Below, one piece after another: positions 58,699-64,000 of a stretch of DNA of 64,000 nt. The DNA is from Candidatus Bathyarchaeia archaeon (lineage in GTDB: Archaea; Thermoproteota; Bathyarchaeia; Bathyarchaeales; Bathycorpusculaceae). Position 1 is the stretch's first letter; each line of letters opens with the position of its first letter. Made by a program: the position numbers and the translations under genes. The stretch is taken from positions 96,001 to 160,000 of the forward strand of contig JBEKTQ010000001.1 in assembly GCA_049515895.1 (NCBI GenBank). The letters are read 5' to 3'. The notes beneath the pieces were generated by a model. It did no database searches. It worked only from the letters and a program-made list of their open reading frames with translations, and had not been told where the DNA came from.

Positions 58699-59669
58699 AG
58701 GGTCTTCACAACTTTTTCGATCACGTCAACGGGGTTCTCTAACTCCGCAAGATTACTTTTTACATCAAATCTTTTGCAAAGATACTTCTTCGCGTAAGCC
58801 AGTACTCCTCGTTCTGTTGTGGCAAATAGCGGGAACCCCTTCTTGGTCAAGTAACGGTTAACGTTGGTTTTCGCCATGTCCGAAACGGCTATGCTGGGGA
58901 CACCTTGGAGCGCTGCTTCCCTCGCAATCGTTCCACCGTAGCTAACGACTAAATCCGCGTTTGCAACCAAGTTTGCTGAATCCACAAATCCTTCTTTGAA
59001 TCCGAAGGCTTCGCCTTGCGTGCTGTATCTTTCTATGAAATGAACATTGCCTAGCTTGCCGAGTTTCTCTGCCATCAATTTTGCGAGGTCTTGCTTGCCT
59101 CCCGCGTAAGCAGCTTTGGTTTCCATTTGTCTGATAACTATAAGCGGCTTCTTTAGTCCGTCAATTTTTCTTTGCTTGAAGTCCTTAATCCAAGCGACCT
59201 CGTCGACGCCTTTGAAAGGAACCCTATTTTTGGCGCAGTGCTGAGTGACAAAGCTTTTCGGCAGCGCCTCCGACACAACAACCGTGTGCGCAAAAGGTAT
59301 TGTTAGCTGGTTGACGGCTGTGGCATGTGGGGTGTCTGCGGTTAAGATGATTGGGATTCCGAGGCCGAAGGCTGTTCGGCAAAGTTCAACCGATTGATGT
59401 GCGATGGCGACGTCTGGGGGGTTATCCTTGAAAAGCTCGGCGAACCCCATTACTCGTTCGGCGCTTTCTTTAAGCCTTGAGGTAAGTGTGGACGGGTTGT
59501 ATTTGCCTATGACGATTGGTTTTTCATCGAGAATCTTAGCCATCGGCAGCGTGTCTGGGTGTTCACGCGTCGTAAAAACGTATTCATGCCCCGCTTTCCT
59601 TAGCCGCTGTCCGATAGCTGACCCATACCTCACGTGTTTGCCCGTGCATGCGTCATACCAAATTTTCAT
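58695..59669 (-). CDS. DUF354 family GT-B fold protein
   Basis: KIWYDACTGKHV, DTPHA, GVDE, GGTIAREAALQGVP. Confidence 0.85.
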   Translation of the reverse strand: MKIWYDACTGKHVRYGSAIGQRLRKAGHEYVFTTREHPDTLPMAKILDEKPIVIGKYNPSTLTSRLKESAERVMGFAELFKDNPPDVAIAHQSVELCRTAFGLGIPIILTADTPHATAVNQLTIPFAHTVVVSEALPKSFVTQHCAKNRVPFKGVDEVAWIKDFKQRKIDGLKKPLIVIRQMETKAAYAGGKQDLAKLMAEKLGKLGNVHFIERYSTQGEAFGFKEGFVDSANLVANADLVVSYGGTIAREAALQGVPSIAVSDMAKTNVNRYLTKKGFPLFATTERGVLAYAKKYLCKRFDVKSNLAELENPVDVIEKVVKTL

Positions 59670-60178
59670 TTCTTCACCTTGCGCTTTGCCTCAATGAACT
59701 CTTTCCGTTTAGCTTCATATTCCTCCAAACTCATCACGAAAGCTGCTGGAACGCCTTGAGAGACAGTTTCAGACCGCACACTTTTGGTCACGACGCTTCC
59801 GCCGCCGATCACTGCTTTTTCGCCTATAGTTACGTCTGGAAGGACAGTGACTCCTCCGCCGATTACAGCGCCGTTTTTGATGACTGGTGGGGTCAGAAAG
59901 GTGCTTTTCGGGTACTTGTCATTTAAAATTGAACTGTTAGGCGCGATGAACACGTCATCGCCTAGTACGACGCCGTTTGAGATTGTTACGTGTGCCTGTA
60001 TGTTGCAGTTTTTGCCTATAACCACGTTTTTGCCTATGTCACAGAAACTACCGATGAGGGTGCCGTCGCCGATTTTTGTGTTATCGCCAATCACAACGTA
60101 ATTCCAGATTGCCACGTTTGCGCCTATCTGGACGTTTGCTCCAGTGACTACACCTACGCCTTTCTTTGGATTCTGCAT
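59666..60178 (-). CDS. hexapeptide-repeat N-acetyltransferase (WbpD-like)
   Basis: [IV]Gxxxx repeats, NDKYP, IGGGSVVTKSV, GVPA. Confidence 0.9.
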   Translation of the reverse strand: MQNPKKGVGVVTGANVQIGANVAIWNYVVIGDNTKIGDGTLIGSFCDIGKNVVIGKNCNIQAHVTISNGVVLGDDVFIAPNSSILNDKYPKSTFLTPPVIKNGAVIGGGVTVLPDVTIGEKAVIGGGSVVTKSVRSETVSQGVPAAFVMSLEEYEAKRKEFIEAKRKVKK

Positions 60179-60251
60179 AAACTCTCCTTGCGGGCTCCAG
60201 ATTTAAATAGTTTAAGCTTAACATTGAGTTTCTAAGGGTGGATGCAAGCAT

Positions 60252-61136
60252 TTGACCAAAGAAACAGTTCTGATTATAGGTTTAGGCGAAATCGGGCATA
60301 CTCTTTTCGCATTGTTTACTGAGCAGAAAAAAAGCTTCAGCATTTACGGCTTGGATTTAGATGAAACAAAGATGCGTCAGCAAGGACAAGATAGAAATCA
60401 CCTTCCACGCTCGGTTGACACCGTGCATATCTGCTTGCCCTGCGGTTCCCAAGAAAAATTCGTAGACGCTGCTGCTGGCTACATTGAAGAGTTTAAGCCG
60501 AACCTTGCAATTGTCAACAGCACAGTCCCGCCGGGAACCACCTTGAAGGTCGCGGCAAGATGCAACTGTCTGGTTGCACATTCACCGTCGCGTGGTGTAC
60601 ACAAGAATGCTGAGCATATGATTTGGGAGATGAAGCGCTGGACGAAGTACGTTGGCGGCGCAGACGCGGCTGCTGCAGAGCTTGCCCGAGCCCATTTTGA
60701 AAAACTGGGTTTAAAAGTGAAGGTGCTCAAAAGCTGCACGGAGACGGAACTCGCCAAGCTTTTCGAGACAACTTACCGTGCGTGGATGATTGCATGCTTC
60801 CAAGAGATGCACAGGATTTCCAGGGCTTTCGGCGCCGACTTTAACGAAACAGTCGATTTCCTTGAGGATACCCACCGCCTGCGGTTCGACAGGCCAGTGA
60901 TGTTTCCAGGCGTAATCGGCGGACACTGCTTAATCCCAAACACTGAACTGCTGCTGGATGCTTATGACTCGGAGTTTCTCCGTTTGATTTTGAAGTCTAA
61001 CGAAAAGCGCAAGAAGGAAGTCCAGGACGAGGCTGTCAGAGCGGAAGTTGCGAAGGTTGCCGCGAGGGCTGTGGCGTTGGAGAAAGAGCTTGCGGGAGAA
61101 AAGAACGAGACCATTGAGCCAAACCAGTGCGGGTAA
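60252..61136 (+). CDS. nucleotide-sugar dehydrogenase family protein lacking the C-terminal domain
   Basis: IIGLGEIG, STVPPGTT, ELAKLFETTYRA, IGGHCL. Confidence 0.85.
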   Translation: MTKETVLIIGLGEIGHTLFALFTEQKKSFSIYGLDLDETKMRQQGQDRNHLPRSVDTVHICLPCGSQEKFVDAAAGYIEEFKPNLAIVNSTVPPGTTLKVAARCNCLVAHSPSRGVHKNAEHMIWEMKRWTKYVGGADAAAAELARAHFEKLGLKVKVLKSCTETELAKLFETTYRAWMIACFQEMHRISRAFGADFNETVDFLEDTHRLRFDRPVMFPGVIGGHCLIPNTELLLDAYDSEFLRLILKSNEKRKKEVQDEAVRAEVAKVAARAVALEKELAGEKNETIEPNQCG

Positions 61137-61292
61137 GTATTTCCGGCAACCTCTTTTGCAAATGCTTCATCCTGAATTTAGCGTTTGCAAGCAACTTTTC
61201 ATCAGACGCTTTTTCTGACGGAATTTCTCTTTGAAGATGATAACATTAATACGAACAGAGATACAATAAATGGCAACGCTCGCGTGAACCTA

Positions 61293-62096
61293 ATGAAGTT
61301 AGATGTTGTGCTTTTGACCAAAAACAGCCTTAAACCCTGTTTATCTGAGTGTGTGGAATCCATTTACCGCAACGTACCCGTTAACAGGCTTCTTGTGGTA
61401 GATGGCGGAAGCACTGACGGCACCTTGGAGTTGCTGCGAAAATACCCTAACGTCAAAATCATAGAGGACCTGCAAGGGACAAGGGCGAGCGCGCGGCAGA
61501 AAGGGATTAAAGCGGTAGAGACAGACTGGCATATTCACGTTGACTCTGATGTCATTCTTTGCGAAAACTGGTTCAGCAAGGCTTGGGAAAACGTTGCAGA
61601 CGATGTCGGAGCGGTTTGGGGCGTGGCGGTGCCGAATGAGAAACATTACTACAACGCGACTTACGCAATGTCCAAGCTGTACCGAATAAGCGTAAAAGAC
61701 TTGATGGTTAGGCAGATGCGCAGCGAACGCTGCATGATGCATGACACCCTCATCCGAACAAGCACGGTTCGGGACATAAAGATCCCCCCGAACCTGCACA
61801 TCTATGAGGACGACTACATAGGTAAACACATAATTCAGAAGGGGTACAGGTTCTTGAAAGTCACCGAACCCTACTGCCTGCACAACGTAACGCCCAACGA
61901 GCGCACCCAAAGCTATGTCACAACAGGCTACCTGCTGAAAACGTACCACTACGGGCGGTTCAGCCAGGTTCTCCGATGGGTTTTGCTGGCGATTCCCAAG
62001 TCAGCATGGATATTTGTCGTGACCAGAGATTTCCAAGCGTCCAAAACCAACTTCATAAGCAACGTCTTAGTTTTCAAAGGATGGCTGGCAGCTTAA
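61293..62096 (+). CDS. glycosyltransferase family 2
   Basis: VVDGGSTDGT, ARQKGI, HVDSDV (DxD), IYEDD. Confidence 0.92.
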   Translation: MKLDVVLLTKNSLKPCLSECVESIYRNVPVNRLLVVDGGSTDGTLELLRKYPNVKIIEDLQGTRASARQKGIKAVETDWHIHVDSDVILCENWFSKAWENVADDVGAVWGVAVPNEKHYYNATYAMSKLYRISVKDLMVRQMRSERCMMHDTLIRTSTVRDIKIPPNLHIYEDDYIGKHIIQKGYRFLKVTEPYCLHNVTPNERTQSYVTTGYLLKTYHYGRFSQVLRWVLLAIPKSAWIFVVTRDFQASKTNFISNVLVFKGWLAA

Positions 62097-62205
62097 AACG
62101 AAATGCCTCTTGCCGTTCCTCAAGTTCATCTAAGTTATTTCCAGAAAACTAAATTAAGTCTCATAATGCTTTAGTGAATAAGCCCGAAGGGTAAAGGTTG
62201 CCAAT

Positions 62206-63015
62206 TTGACGGAAAAAGTTGATGTTGTCTTTCTGACAAAGAACAGCATTAAGCCATGCCTAAAGGAATGCTTGGACTCTGTGTACGCCAATGTTCCAGT
62301 CGGGCGCCTTTTAGTAATTGACGGCGGCAGCACTGACGGAACTTTAGATGTCGTCAAGAGCTACGCTAATTGCGAAATAATTGAAGATTCTGGCGGTAAC
62401 AGGGCAACTGCAAGGCAGAAAGGCATTGAAGCTGCCGAAACAACGTGGCACCTACACGTTGACTCAGACGTCGTTTTATGCAAAGACTGGTTCAAAGCCG
62501 CAGAGAAGCTTCTTAACCCAAAGGTCGGTGCCTTGTGGGGAGTAACAATCCCGGGCGACAGGCACATTTACAACCAAAACAAATCGATGGCGATGCTTTA
62601 CCGCAAAGACACGATTGACTATATTATGCAGCAGAGAAACCTGAAACGCTACCTGACTCACGACACGTTGCTGCGGACAGAAGCGGTTAGAGATATCAAA
62701 ATACCCGCTGACCTGCATCAATGGGAAGACCACTTCATCGGGCAACATGTAGTCGCCAACGGTTACGAGTGGCTGAAAACCCGTGAACCATGCTGCCTTC
62801 ACTATTTCCACGAAGGCATGAGCTGGAAAGAGTTCGTAGAAAACGGCAAACTCGCAAGAAAAGTCAAGTCATACACCAACCGCCAAATACTCTTGAGAGT
62901 TGGTTTAGCTGTTCCCAAGGCGCTATGGATAATTATGGCGACAGGAGACTTTACCGCTGGCAAGCAACAACTGGAAAACTACGTAGGTTTAGCTAAGGGC
63001 TGGTATGGCATTTAG
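62206..63015 (+). CDS. glycosyltransferase family 2 (tandem paralog)
   Basis: VIDGGSTDGT, ARQKGI, HVDSDV, QWEDH. Confidence 0.92.
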   Translation: MTEKVDVVFLTKNSIKPCLKECLDSVYANVPVGRLLVIDGGSTDGTLDVVKSYANCEIIEDSGGNRATARQKGIEAAETTWHLHVDSDVVLCKDWFKAAEKLLNPKVGALWGVTIPGDRHIYNQNKSMAMLYRKDTIDYIMQQRNLKRYLTHDTLLRTEAVRDIKIPADLHQWEDHFIGQHVVANGYEWLKTREPCCLHYFHEGMSWKEFVENGKLARKVKSYTNRQILLRVGLAVPKALWIIMATGDFTAGKQQLENYVGLAKGWYGI

Positions 63016-63078
63016 CTTTCCCCGTTTGAAATAAGCGTTCTTTTCGTAGACGATTTAAGATCGGGAAAAAATAGGCGG

Positions 63079-64000
63079 TCAATCAATTTTCTTAAATGTT
63101 AAAATGGAGAATTTGGATTTACATCTTTCATGTTCTAGTTTGAAGCCGGTTTCATGAAATTTTCTTAAAATTGCCTCTCTGATTTCCTCTGAGTGAACCT
63201 CGACTAAATAACAATTGATTTTTCTAAGAATTTCAGCTGGTACCTCGATTATGCTTTCCTCTGCTCCCTCGCAGTCAAACTTGGCGACATCCGCCCCACT
63301 TTCCTTGATGACTTCAGATATGTCTCTAATTTTTATTTCCCTACTTTTGGACCCCATGTTCAACAAGCCAAAGCCAATGTCGACTTCGTCAAACTGGATT
63401 GTCTTAGTTCCGTTTTTGTTGCCTATCCCCGCTTGGTAGACTTCAGCGTCGATTTTGTTTAGACTTATGTTTTTCCCGATCCATTGAATATGCTCTTCCA
63501 CTGGTTCGTAAATAATTATTCTTCTTGCTTTCTTGGACCAGAAGTATGCTGCAGATTCACCTTCAAAACCGCCGATGTCTAGGACAACTTTGTTTTGGCA
63601 ATCGCATTCATATTCGCCTGCCTGCAGTTCTTTTACACAAGTTAGCATTGAAGCTGACCCGACAGCTTGGAAGTCGCCGTTTTTAACGTGAAATGTGCCC
63701 CTTTCTATTTGGTTGACGGCGAAGTCCCGCATAAGGTCACATACGAGCGGCGTCAGTTGGGAACTGCAAACTACCTCGCTGTTTTGCCCCTTTATTCTGA
63801 AGAGGTCATCACTTTCCTGAGTTATAGAGTAATTCGCCAAAATTGAGTAAGAATCTCTGAACACTCGGAACTGCGGCCAAGTCAGACTAAAAGTCAAGCC
63901 GTTTCTAAAAGTTACTGATTTTCTGTTTTTTTTCCGTTTCATCGATAACACGACAAGAGGGTTTTTGGTTATCGTAAGAGTTCTCCACACTACGCTTAGC
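63079..64000 (-). CDS. FkbM family methyltransferase (5' end may lie outside the window)
   Basis: VLDIGGFEGES, YEP, KFDCEGAE, VEVH. Confidence 0.88.
   Translation of the reverse strand, partial: LSVVWRTLTITKNPLVVLSMKRKKNRKSVTFRNGLTFSLTWPQFRVFRDSYSILANYSITQESDDLFRIKGQNSEVVCSSQLTPLVCDLMRDFAVNQIERGTFHVKNGDFQAVGSASMLTCVKELQAGEYECDCQNKVVLDIGGFEGESAAYFWSKKARRIIIYEPVEEHIQWIGKNISLNKIDAEVYQAGIGNKNGTKTIQFDEVDIGFGLLNMGSKSREIKIRDISEVIKESGADVAKFDCEGAEESIIEVPAEILRKINCYLVEVHSEEIREAILRKFHETGFKLEHERCKSKFSILTFKKID

Overview
This is an archaeal chromosome segment of the TACK group, most consistent with Bathyarchaeia: it encodes eS25, eS26, a histone, Alba, class I LysRS, Fae-Hps, CofD and tetraether synthase. 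Most of it is housekeeping, including two ribosomal/transcription clusters, tRNA-Glu(TTC), tRNA-Arg(GCG), thermosome, SerRS, TrpY-trpB2 and a terminal surface-glycan cluster. One AT-rich accessory island (~51.5-55.9 kb) contains an integrase remnant. The main observations are: (1) a C39-type cysteine peptidase with a C-terminal PIP-box-like motif, overlapping a tandem winged-helix protein in the island; (2) a Fae-Hps enzyme with an extra N-terminal Fis-like HTH; (3) an rpo6/rpoK gene missing from the ORF track, with no ATG/GTG/TTG start, in frame directly behind the thermosome stop; (4) a collapsed att scar at tRNA-Arg; (5) two 6x10-bp intergenic arrays; (6) unannotated small ORFs with RBS-like motifs. 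All calls come from reading motifs by eye; no database search was run.
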